From a bacterium (GTDB taxonomy: Bacteria; Patescibacteriota; Gracilibacteria; Peribacterales; Peribacteraceae), in contig JAQBVR010000003.1 of assembly GCA_027623015.1 (NCBI GenBank), positions 2,197 through 66,196 on the forward strand: DNA of 64,000 bases, given 5' to 3'. This document shows, in pieces, positions 7,815 through 16,330 of this stretch. Both the position numbers and the translations under genes were made by a program. Below the pieces are notes generated by a model. It was not told the DNA's origin, made no database searches, and saw only the letters and a list, made by a program, of their open reading frames with translations. Positions within the stretch are counted from its first letter, which is position 1, and each line of letters begins with the position of its first letter.

Positions 7815-10139
7815 ATGACTACACAAACATCAGCACTGCCAGAAAGCGAAAGCCAAGATGCGTATGCAGAAGTCGAAAATCCTATTGGACCTGTTAAAAG
7901 TGGCGTGTTTATGCAAGTAGATGGCATTGAATATAATTACGGTTTTAACAGAGAAAAAAATCATACCATAGATGGGCGGTTTGATTCAGATGGCTACCTA
8001 TACCGCATTGCGCACGTTGGTACGTACTGTAGTAACAATGGAACACTCGCCTATATAGATGAAAATGGATTTATGAATGTAGGGCTCAATGATGAAAGAA
8101 ATATAGAAGCTCTCGAATCTGCTAACTATGTATCAGGTGAGTTTGCCGTTCCATTTTCTAATGGTGAGATGGCAACAGATAGAGCTGCATATGAACAATT
8201 AAGAGATGTTATGACGGGGATGACTCCCGAAGAGCTAGAGGAACATAGGAGCACAGAGGTGAATAGGTTATTGGAAGAGAGGCGACAATTATTTGCTCAG
8301 GTGGCAGAATTTCCTGAGGAAGATGTGTTATATGAGCAAGTTGCTGAGCAGACAGAGGGCACCGTGCAAGATGTTTCTGAGTTTGCAACCGAGCATGCAG
8401 GGAAAAAGCTTGAGAGGGATAATGCAGGAGCCGATAGGGCAGTGTATAGTGTTAATGGAAAAACATTTGCCTTTAGAAGCAGAGAGGAATTGCCCGAGTA
8501 TGAAACAGCAGCAGCCTCTAAAACAAGAATGGTAGGGGGTGGGCCGAGAGAAACATCTTTGGATGATTTTCAAGAGTACGAACAAAGAATGTCTGTAGGC
8601 AATGAAGGAAGTTCAGAGCATTTGAGTGCAACAAAATCACTTCTTGGAGTCGTAGAAACTGCCATAGCTCTTGGGAGTGAAGATGAATCACTCGAGGTTC
8701 TGAAAGAAGAGATTCAAAGCGGACACTACTCCAAGAGGGCGCTTGCTCTTATAGATGCGATTATCGCGTGTGATTATGTTTCCTATTCAGAGTTTACGGA
8801 AGAAAAAACAACAGATGGTGAAGCCGTGGTTGTTTTAGCTCTTATGGGGGACAGAAACGCTCAGGAGATAGTGGCAAAAAAACTTCATTCTTTGCAATAT
8901 ACAGATGCACACATTCGCGATGGTGAAAATTTCTATAGAGATCTCAAAAAGACTGAAGGTGAACCGTTTGATACCAGTGAGCTTGCTATCGTGCATGCTA
9001 CAAGTTACGAGCCCCAAAGAACTGAAGAAGGTGAATTTGATATAAGAACCACATTTGATGCTACAAATGGAGAAATTCCCCGAAATAGTATGCATACCAC
9101 ACTCAATCATAAAGTTACGTCTCACATGCAAGGAAACTGGGATAGCAGTGGGTACACACTCGTTTCAACACTCGACAATATGATGGAAGCTAATGGTCCG
9201 CCTATGGTGCTTCATAGTATAGATACGTATTGGACAAGGGACCCTGGCGAAAAATTGCGATTCCATAATGCTGTAATGGTGCGATGGGGTGGTGATTTGG
9301 GAGATGACTTTTATAAGAGAGATGGTGAATATATGAATGTAAAGTCGGAGGGGTTTACCGCTCAAGATATTGTGAAGCTAAACGATATGGCAGAAATGCG
9401 TTCCAATGTTTATGGATTGTCAGTAGAACTTTCTGCAGCATTTCAGCGTTACGTAAAAGATGAATCAAATGCATTACTGAAAACTGTAGATTCTACTAAG
9501 GTTTTTGAGAATTTTGGCATGAGTCCATATATCCCAGTATCACCGATATTTAGTGAAATAGCAGAAATGGTAGAGAGCTCCTCTAAACCCATTTCTATTG
9601 CACAGGCAATCACAGCAATTTTTGATAGATATAATGTTCGTGAAGCTATTTCAGGAGAAAATGCAGAGAATACCTACAGAGAAATGTGTACAGAATTCTC
9701 TCAGGTTGTTGAAGGAAAGTTTGCAAGTATTATCAATCAGCAAGCAGTCAATGACGTTATCCGCTCAATGGATTGCAAAGTTGCGGCAGGAAACCCTTCA
9801 CACTGGGTAGGGGAAATGGGGGCCGAAGAATATAGATTGCGCATACTTGCTAATGCAATTGGATCTAGGACAGGAAAGCACGAAGGGCAACCAGATCTTA
9901 GAACTACACAAAATTGGATAGAAGCAGATGCAAAAGCTCGAACGGAAGAGCACTACAGAGATAGTGCATTTGACTGGACTAAGTACACTATGGCATATGA
10001 AGTGCTTTTGCCGAAAGTTGACCAGAAAACACGCAGAATGCTTTACGCAAGTGGTCTTATGGATGCAGTTGATAAAACTGAAGCTTTGCAAAGGAGAAAG
10101 CAGGAAAAATATGATGCTAAAGAAACGCTGAGTGGTTAG
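7815..10139 (+). CDS. Large acidic orphan protein (~775 aa), no signal peptide
   Basis: Uninterrupted ORF with no motif I recognise. Start chosen at the ATG after the promoter; the track TTG at 7797 lies inside the -10 region. Confidence 0.7.
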   Translation: MTTQTSALPESESQDAYAEVENPIGPVKSGVFMQVDGIEYNYGFNREKNHTIDGRFDSDGYLYRIAHVGTYCSNNGTLAYIDENGFMNVGLNDERNIEALESANYVSGEFAVPFSNGEMATDRAAYEQLRDVMTGMTPEELEEHRSTEVNRLLEERRQLFAQVAEFPEEDVLYEQVAEQTEGTVQDVSEFATEHAGKKLERDNAGADRAVYSVNGKTFAFRSREELPEYETAAASKTRMVGGGPRETSLDDFQEYEQRMSVGNEGSSEHLSATKSLLGVVETAIALGSEDESLEVLKEEIQSGHYSKRALALIDAIIACDYVSYSEFTEEKTTDGEAVVVLALMGDRNAQEIVAKKLHSLQYTDAHIRDGENFYRDLKKTEGEPFDTSELAIVHATSYEPQRTEEGEFDIRTTFDATNGEIPRNSMHTTLNHKVTSHMQGNWDSSGYTLVSTLDNMMEANGPPMVLHSIDTYWTRDPGEKLRFHNAVMVRWGGDLGDDFYKRDGEYMNVKSEGFTAQDIVKLNDMAEMRSNVYGLSVELSAAFQRYVKDESNALLKTVDSTKVFENFGMSPYIPVSPIFSEIAEMVESSSKPISIAQAITAIFDRYNVREAISGENAENTYREMCTEFSQVVEGKFASIINQQAVNDVIRSMDCKVAAGNPSHWVGEMGAEEYRLRILANAIGSRTGKHEGQPDLRTTQNWIEADAKARTEEHYRDSAFDWTKYTMAYEVLLPKVDQKTRRMLYASGLMDAVDKTEALQRRKQEKYDAKETLSG

Positions 10140-10170
10140 GATAAAAATGAGTTGGTAGTTACTATAGACG

Positions 10171-10186
10171 AAAATTGTGCTATAAT
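10171..10186 (+). promoter_or_regulatory. Extended -10 promoter AAAATTGTGCTATAAT, 7 nt upstream of ATG 10194
   Basis: Identical 17-mer to 7794-7810. Confidence 0.55.
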
Positions 10187-10193
10187 AATGTGA

Positions 10194-11336
10194 ATGACTC
10201 ACAAACAAAAAAACATCCTCATCATTACCATATTGGCGATTTGTGCTTTTGCAGCAGCATCAAAAAACATTCATGCGATGCTGACAGCGTCTGAGCGATA
10301 TCTTGTATATGATCGTACACAGAAGCTTGCCGCACCAGTATCTGCAGAAGTCCCTGTCGTGAGTCCGCGTCGATCTAGAGAATTACACATGGCACAGCTT
10401 GCACGTGAAAAACGTCGTGTTCGTTTGGAGCTTGCACTAAAACACAGGACTATCGATGCCTATAAAGAGCAGGGTGTGGATCTTACAGACATAGAAGAGG
10501 CAGAAGCATTTGTACAGAAAGAAGGTAAAGCTCTACGTGGTCTTGTAAAGGATGTTGTGATCAACGATGAACGTGTAAGAGGACGATCCTTTTATGGCAG
10601 GATTTTTCGTGCACTCAAAGCTATTCGCGCTCCACGAGAAGCGCAGATCCTCAGTGATCGCCATGCAGAACTAACAGATTCTTATCAGCGACTCCAACGC
10701 TCTCAATATGTGATGAATAGCAGCATGCATAGTTCAGGCATAGATAAAGAAGAGATACTCCGCGTAAGAGCAGAGGTAGATGCAGACATTGAAAGCTTGC
10801 AGTCAGAACTTGAACGCATCGACGCACGTATTCGTCGCCAAGCTGAGCGTCGACTTATAGATATGGGACTTCGTGGATCACGTTCGGGTGAATACTCGAA
10901 GGAGTATGAATTTGAGATCGATGGCAGCATCTCGTGGCCTGTCTACAGTCGACGCATCACTGCAGGGTTTCGAGAACCTTCTTATGTTGGTGTGTTCGGC
11001 GTGCCACATAAGGGTATGGATATAGCAGTGCCACAAGGTACACCTGTCTACAGTGCTGCAGATGGCGTGGTGTATACAGCACGTAACGGTGGAGCAACGG
11101 GATACTCGTATGTCCTTATCGGTCACCGCGGAGGATTCGCGACACTGTACGGACACCTATCTCACTTGTCTGTTACGAAGGGGCAAGACGTTACCCGTGG
11201 GCAAATGATTGGTCTAAGTGGCGGAACTCCAGGGACGTCAGGTGCAGGTGGTATGACCACAGGCGCACATCTTCACCTCGAAGTTATCGATGGTGGTGTG
11301 CAGGTGAATCCGTTGAATATATTGCCACGTTCGTAG
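10194..11336 (+). CDS. M23 family (LytM-type) peptidoglycan metalloendopeptidase with N-terminal TM/signal and coiled-coil region
   Basis: HKGMDIAVPQGTPVYSAADGVV, GHLSHLSV, TGAHLHLEV. Confidence 0.85.
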   Translation: MTHKQKNILIITILAICAFAAASKNIHAMLTASERYLVYDRTQKLAAPVSAEVPVVSPRRSRELHMAQLAREKRRVRLELALKHRTIDAYKEQGVDLTDIEEAEAFVQKEGKALRGLVKDVVINDERVRGRSFYGRIFRALKAIRAPREAQILSDRHAELTDSYQRLQRSQYVMNSSMHSSGIDKEEILRVRAEVDADIESLQSELERIDARIRRQAERRLIDMGLRGSRSGEYSKEYEFEIDGSISWPVYSRRITAGFREPSYVGVFGVPHKGMDIAVPQGTPVYSAADGVVYTARNGGATGYSYVLIGHRGGFATLYGHLSHLSVTKGQDVTRGQMIGLSGGTPGTSGAGGMTTGAHLHLEVIDGGVQVNPLNILPRS

Positions 11337-11337
11337 A

Positions 11338-11475
11338 CCGACCTCACCCTAACCCCCTCCTTTCTTGTCGGCCATAGCCAAGAGGCGACTGTTGAGCGAA
11401 GGAGAGGGAACTGTTTTTGTTTTGTTCCCCCCCCTCTTTTCCGCAGAGGAGAGGGGGTTAGGGGGGTGAGGTCGG
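11338..11475. repeat. Nested palindromic element with GGCCATAGC core between convergent genes
   Basis: Outer arms CCGACCTCACCCTAACCCCCTCC and GGAGAGGGGGTTAGGGGGGTGAGGTCGG. Related copies lie at 27683-27737, 30376-30450 and 22058-22110. Confidence 0.75.
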
Positions 11476-11477
11476 CC

Positions 11478-12149
11478 TTACTTCGGTCCAACGATCACCA
11501 CGAACTCTCCTTTCTTCGTCATGTTTGTTAAAAGTTCAGGTAAGTCTTTTACCGTTGTTCGAATAATGTCTTCATACATTTTGGTGAGCTCACGTCCGAT
11601 GACGATAGTACGATCTGGTTGAGTTGCAAGATTTTTCGCTATTTCGTTCAATGTTCGTTCTATTCTGTGGACGGATTCATACAGAACAATTGTTCGTTTC
11701 TCATCTGCAAATGAAGAGAAGAGTGTTTGCCGTCCTTTCTTTAGAGGAGGGAAGCCAAGATAGACGAACTTATCTATCGGTAGTCCACTTGCGCTCAGTG
11801 CTGCAAGAAATGCAGATGGTCCAGGGATGACTTCCATTTTGATTCCATGCTCATGCATCTTCGACACAATCGCGTAGCCTGGATCTGAGATGCCTGGCGT
11901 TCCTGCATCGGAGACGAGAGCGAGATGCTCTCCTTTTTCGAGTCGCTCTACGATGTTGTCTATCTTTTTGGGGTTCGTGTAGCCATGACAGCTGATGAGT
12001 TCCTTCTTTGGGATCTCAAGCATCTTGAGGAGATTCCCTGTGACACGAGTATCTTCACAGACGATAGCATCACATTTCTTGAGGGTTTCTATTGCTCGTA
12101 GAGTGATATCGCCAAGGTTGCCTATGGGGGTGGAAACGATTGAGAGCAT
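11478..12149 (-). CDS. rsmI: 16S rRNA (cytidine1402-2'-O)-methyltransferase
   Basis: TPIGNLGDITLRAIETLKKCDAIVCEDTR, GTPGISDPG. TAAGAT lies 8 nt upstream of the ATG. Confidence 0.9.
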   Translation of the reverse strand: MLSIVSTPIGNLGDITLRAIETLKKCDAIVCEDTRVTGNLLKMLEIPKKELISCHGYTNPKKIDNIVERLEKGEHLALVSDAGTPGISDPGYAIVSKMHEHGIKMEVIPGPSAFLAALSASGLPIDKFVYLGFPPLKKGRQTLFSSFADEKRTIVLYESVHRIERTLNEIAKNLATQPDRTIVIGRELTKMYEDIIRTTVKDLPELLTNMTKKGEFVVIVGPK

Positions 12150-12172
12150 GGGTCTGTATCTTAGTCTTGTAA

Positions 12173-12311
12173 GGAAATAAGGGGAATAAGAGAAATAAAA
12201 GAAATAAGGGAAAGCTCATAGTTTCTTTTCTGTGGTATGTGCTAGTTAAAACAATGAAGATTGTAAAAATTCCAACTCCCTTATTTCTCTTAGTTCCCCT
12301 TATTTCTTCTC
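12173..12311. repeat. Long purine-arm/pyrimidine-arm hairpin in the rsmI/gyrA divergent region
   Basis: GGAAATAAGGGGAATAAGAGAAATAAAAGAAATAAGGGAAAG ... CTCCCTTATTTCTCTTAGTTCCCCTTATTTCTTCTC. The 30-mer at 12174-12203 is identical to 37914-37943. Confidence 0.8.
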
Positions 12312-12408
12312 TAAATTGTATCTATTTTTCATAGAATCATCCTTCCATAAGAAAAAAATAGCGCTATACTCGTTGCGACCGATCGGTCTGTTTTGAGACA
12401 CTTTCTCT

Positions 12409-15120
12409 ATGGCTAAAAAGGACGACGATACACCAAAGGACGAGGATCCAAATCAGCAATTACCACTCGGTGATGATGAAGGAGATTCCAGTGAATCCCC
12501 TAAAAGTGCTGATCCTGTGATAGACGATAATGATTCTGGAGAGGTCTTCAAGACTATCTCGAGTGTTGGTAAGCTTGAAGCAAGGCCTATCGTTGCAGAG
12601 ATGGAAGAGAGTTACTTGAACTACTCTATGAGTGTGATCGTTTCTCGTGCCTTACCCGATGCGCGTGATGGTCTGAAGCCTGTACACCGCCGTATTTTGT
12701 ACGCGATGCATGAGATGGGGCTCCGCAGCGGATCGAAATATAAGAAGTGTGCTGCTGTTGTTGGAGACGTTCTTGGTAAGTATCACCCCCATGGAGATAC
12801 AGCTGTGTATGACTCTATGGTTCGTATGGCACAGGAGTTTTCTATGCGTCACATGCTGGTCGATGGTCAGGGAAACTTTGGATCTATAGATGGAGATAGT
12901 GCAGCTGCCATGCGTTATACAGAGTCGAAGATGAAAAGGATTGCGGAAGAGATTTTGCAAGATATTGATAAAAATACGGTAGAGTTTGCTCCGAACTACG
13001 ATGGGTCACGTAAGGAGCCTAGAGTTCTTCCAGCTAAAGTACCTAATCTTCTTCTTAATGGATCTGTGGGTATTGCTGTGGGTATGGCAACGAACATTCC
13101 GCCACATAACCTTAACGAACTTGTCGATGCTATCGTGCATCTTATAGAGAATAAAGACGCTACTGTAGAAGACCTTTTACAGTACATCCAAGGTCCTGAC
13201 TTTCCTACAGGTGGAATCGTTTATAACAAAGAGACACTGATTCAGGCGTACCTCACGGGACGTGGTTCTGTTGTGGTTCGTGGTAAGGCTGAGATTGAGG
13301 AGATGAAAAATGGTCGATACCGCATACGCGTATCGGAGATTCCATACCAGGTAAATAAGTCAACGATGATCGAGAAGATGGCACGGTTGGTACAAGACAA
13401 GTTTATTCAAGGAATCTCTGACATTCGAGATGAATCTGACCGTAATGGTATCCGTATCATTATCGAATTGAAGAAAGATGCGTATCCACAGAAGGTACTA
13501 AACTTACTTTTCAAGCACACAGATTTACAGTCGAGTTTTGGATACAACACTATAGCTCTTGCAGATGGTTTGCAGCCACGATTGCTCAATCTACAAGAGA
13601 TGTTGAATATTTTTATCGAACACCGACGCGTTGTAATCACTCGACGAATAACATTTGAGCGAGATAAAGCTAGAGAGCGTGCGCACATTCTCGAAGGGTT
13701 AAAGATTGCTCTCAATAATATCGATAAGGTGATTGAAACCATTAGAAAAAGTGAGACAAAGGAGATCGCCAAAGCGAACTTGATATCCAGCTTTAAACTT
13801 TCAGTCCTACAGGCAGACGCCATTTTGCAGATGCGTTTGCAAACACTGGCAGGACTAGAGCGAAAGAAGATTGAAAACGAACTTGTTGAGAAGCTTGCCT
13901 TCATCGCTGAATGCGAAGCGATCCTTGCAGATCCAACGAAGATTGATAAGATCCTGAAAGAAGAAATTGTAGAGATAAAAGCAAAGTATGGAGATGAGCG
14001 TCGTACAACTATCGTTTCACATCCAGTAGGTCAGTTTAGTGCGAAGGACACTATTCCGAATTCACCGATGATTGTTACTCTTACTGATGGTGGGTACGTA
14101 AAACGATTGAGTCCTATGCAGTTCCGTTCTCAGGCTCGTGGTGGAAAGGGTGTGAAGGGTATGACGACTAAGGATGATGATGAGATGCACTCAATGCTCC
14201 ATGTCATGAACCACGATGACCTTCTTTTCTTTACAAATACTGGTCGTGTGTTCAAGCTTCCTGCCTATGAGCTTCCACAAGGAAGTCGTATCGCTAAGGG
14301 GCAAGCAATCGTAAACTTGTTACAGCTACAACCAGATGAGCTTGTTACTGCGGTTCTTAAATCAGATCTAGAAGACAAAACACACCTCTTCATGGTGACG
14401 GAACACGGAACAGTAAAACGTACAGAGCTTACACAGTTTGATAACATCCGTCGTAGTGGTCTTATCGCTCAGAAAATGAATGCTGGAGATACTCTTCGAT
14501 GGGTTCTTGCGACGACTGGAAATGATGAGGTTATTATCTTGAGCAAGAAAGGAAAGGCTATTCGTTTCAAGGAAGAAGATGTTCGAAGTATGGGTCGTAG
14601 CGCTGCAGGTGTTCGTGGTATCCGACTTGGTGATGGTGATATCGTTGTCGAAGCAGATGCAATTGATCATCCGGATACAAGTAAGGTATTGATCGTCATG
14701 GAAAATGGACTTGGTAAGATGACGGCCGTTTCACAGTATCGATTTCAGGGTCGTGGTGGTAGTGGTGTAAAAGCAGCACAGTTGAGTGCAAAGACTGGTG
14801 ATGTTATCGGTGGGTGCATTCTCCAAGATGGAGAGGATGGAGATCTTCTCTGTATAAGTAAGCAAGGACAGACGATTCGTATGCGCTTGAGTGATATCCC
14901 TTCTCGTGGTCGAGCAACGCAAGGAGTTATCGTTATGCGTCTCAATGGTAAAGATAAAGTAGCAAGTGTGAGCGTGGTTATGGAGGATAAAGAGGGTGAA
15001 GAAGCTGTGGCTGAGGCTCAGGAAGAGACACGTGAAGAAGAGATAGAGGTCCTTAAAAAGGAGCAAAGAAGCGTAAAACGAGCAGAAACCGCAGGCAAGA
15101 AGAAAGCTGCAGGTAAGTAG
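12409..15120 (+). CDS. gyrA: DNA gyrase subunit A
   Basis: [32 protein letters not shown]-terminal beta-pinwheel repeats, and acidic N- and C-terminal tails. Confidence 0.97.
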   Translation: MAKKDDDTPKDEDPNQQLPLGDDEGDSSESPKSADPVIDDNDSGEVFKTISSVGKLEARPIVAEMEESYLNYSMSVIVSRALPDARDGLKPVHRRILYAMHEMGLRSGSKYKKCAAVVGDVLGKYHPHGDTAVYDSMVRMAQEFSMRHMLVDGQGNFGSIDGDSAAAMRYTESKMKRIAEEILQDIDKNTVEFAPNYDGSRKEPRVLPAKVPNLLLNGSVGIAVGMATNIPPHNLNELVDAIVHLIENKDATVEDLLQYIQGPDFPTGGIVYNKETLIQAYLTGRGSVVVRGKAEIEEMKNGRYRIRVSEIPYQVNKSTMIEKMARLVQDKFIQGISDIRDESDRNGIRIIIELKKDAYPQKVLNLLFKHTDLQSSFGYNTIALADGLQPRLLNLQEMLNIFIEHRRVVITRRITFERDKARERAHILEGLKIALNNIDKVIETIRKSETKEIAKANLISSFKLSVLQADAILQMRLQTLAGLERKKIENELVEKLAFIAECEAILADPTKIDKILKEEIVEIKAKYGDERRTTIVSHPVGQFSAKDTIPNSPMIVTLTDGGYVKRLSPMQFRSQARGGKGVKGMTTKDDDEMHSMLHVMNHDDLLFFTNTGRVFKLPAYELPQGSRIAKGQAIVNLLQLQPDELVTAVLKSDLEDKTHLFMVTEHGTVKRTELTQFDNIRRSGLIAQKMNAGDTLRWVLATTGNDEVIILSKKGKAIRFKEEDVRSMGRSAAGVRGIRLGDGDIVVEADAIDHPDTSKVLIVMENGLGKMTAVSQYRFQGRGGSGVKAAQLSAKTGDVIGGCILQDGEDGDLLCISKQGQTIRMRLSDIPSRGRATQGVIVMRLNGKDKVASVSVVMEDKEGEEAVAEAQEETREEEIEVLKKEQRSVKRAETAGKKKAAGK

Positions 15121-15133
15121 ATATTCTATCGGT

Positions 15134-15239
15134 GATAAAAGAAATAGGGGCAATAGAGGATTCTTTGCGTTAGATTTCAACAATATATCTATAGAACAAC
15201 TTCCAAATCCTTCATTTCTTTTATTGTTTCTATTTCTTC
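15134..15239. repeat. Purine-arm/pyrimidine-arm imperfect hairpin with ACTTCCAAATCCT core
   Basis: GATAAAAGAAATAGGGGCAATAGAGGATTC ... TTCCAAATCCTTCATTTCTTTTATTGTTTCTATTTCTT. Confidence 0.6.
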
Positions 15240-15307
15240 GTTCATTCTATTAAAATTCCTCACCGATCTCTTGCATCTATAAAGCGAAACTGTACAATTC
15301 TTTCGTT

Positions 15308-15520
15308 ATGAAACTTGGTATCCATCCACAAATCCACGACGGCGCAAAGGTAACATGCAGCTCCTGCAATGCAGTATTTGATATCCCTTCTACGATTGAA
15401 GAGCATTCAGTGGAAAGTTGTCGCCTTTGTCATGCTGTATATACAGGGAAGCAGCAAAAAGAGCTTAAGGGAGGTAGAGTCGAGAGATTTCGCAAGAGGA
15501 TGGCAAAATCCAAGGAATAG
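15308..15520 (+). CDS. rpmE: 50S ribosomal protein L31 (Zn-binding type A)
   Basis: MKLGIHPQ..., CSSC...CRLCHAVYTGKQ. Confidence 0.95.
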   Translation: MKLGIHPQIHDGAKVTCSSCNAVFDIPSTIEEHSVESCRLCHAVYTGKQQKELKGGRVERFRKRMAKSKE

Positions 15521-15579
15521 GGCATTTGAGGTGCTCGACGTACTCGAAGGGTTCGAGGTGCTATTTGATAATGCAATAA

Positions 15580-15609
15580 CTGGCAGTAAACGCCATAGAG
15601 TGCTAAAAT
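15580..15609 (+). promoter_or_regulatory. Degenerate CIRCE-like inverted repeat overlapping an extended -10 (TGCTAAAAT) of hrcA
   Basis: CTGGCAGTA-N9-GAGTGCTAA. The right half matches the CIRCE consensus exactly and the left half matches 5/9. TAAAAT lies 7 nt upstream of ATG 15617. Confidence 0.4.
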
Positions 15610-15616
15610 ATAGTAT

Positions 15617-16327
15617 ATGAATGAGCGACAGAGTAAGCTGCTGGTCACCATAATCAACCAGTTCATACAGACAGCAATTCCGGTTGGGTCTAAAAAACTT
15701 GTTGAGTCGGGTTTATTTGATTGTAGTTCAGCCACAATTCGCAATGAGATGCTCCAGTTAGAGGACGAAGGATTTCTTGAGCAGCCACATATCTCTGCAG
15801 GCCGTGTGCCATCTGCAAAGGGGTATAGGGCATATGTACAGGCGCATATGGAGCCTGCGAAGAAGGAAAGGACAATAATGAAACAGTTTGAGATTTTGAA
15901 GTCACACTATTTTCAGAGGAAGGATCAGGAGCGTGCATACGATGCTGTTGCTATGTTATCACATATGATTCCAAATGTAGCTTTTGCATCTGTCCCTCAT
16001 AAAGACCAAGTCTTTTACTTGGGTCTTGCAAATGTCTTGCGGCAGCCAGAATTTCTTGCTGACCCACGATTAGCAAGTGGTGTAGCAGAGGTTTTGGAGA
16101 ATCACTTAAGTGCGTTACTGGAAGAGGTGACTGTTGATGATCATGTTCGGTATTACATTGGAGAGGAGGATGTTCTTCCACAGATTCAAAGCTGTAGCCT
16201 GATGGCAGTGGAGTATACTATGCGTGGAGAGCGTGGAGTACTAGGTATACTTGGGCCCATGCGTATGGATTATTCATATAATACAGTCGCTCTGACGCTC
16301 GCATCTGATTTACTTCGCTCGCTATAA
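15617..16327 (+). CDS. hrcA: Heat-inducible transcription repressor HrcA (short, 236 aa)
   Basis: RQSKLLVTIINQFIQTAIPVGSKKLV...SSATIRNEMLQLEDEGFLEQPHISAGRVPSAKGYR. Confidence 0.85.
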   Translation: MNERQSKLLVTIINQFIQTAIPVGSKKLVESGLFDCSSATIRNEMLQLEDEGFLEQPHISAGRVPSAKGYRAYVQAHMEPAKKERTIMKQFEILKSHYFQRKDQERAYDAVAMLSHMIPNVAFASVPHKDQVFYLGLANVLRQPEFLADPRLASGVAEVLENHLSALLEEVTVDDHVRYYIGEEDVLPQIQSCSLMAVEYTMRGERGVLGILGPMRMDYSYNTVALTLASDLLRSL

Positions 16328-16330
16328 TCT

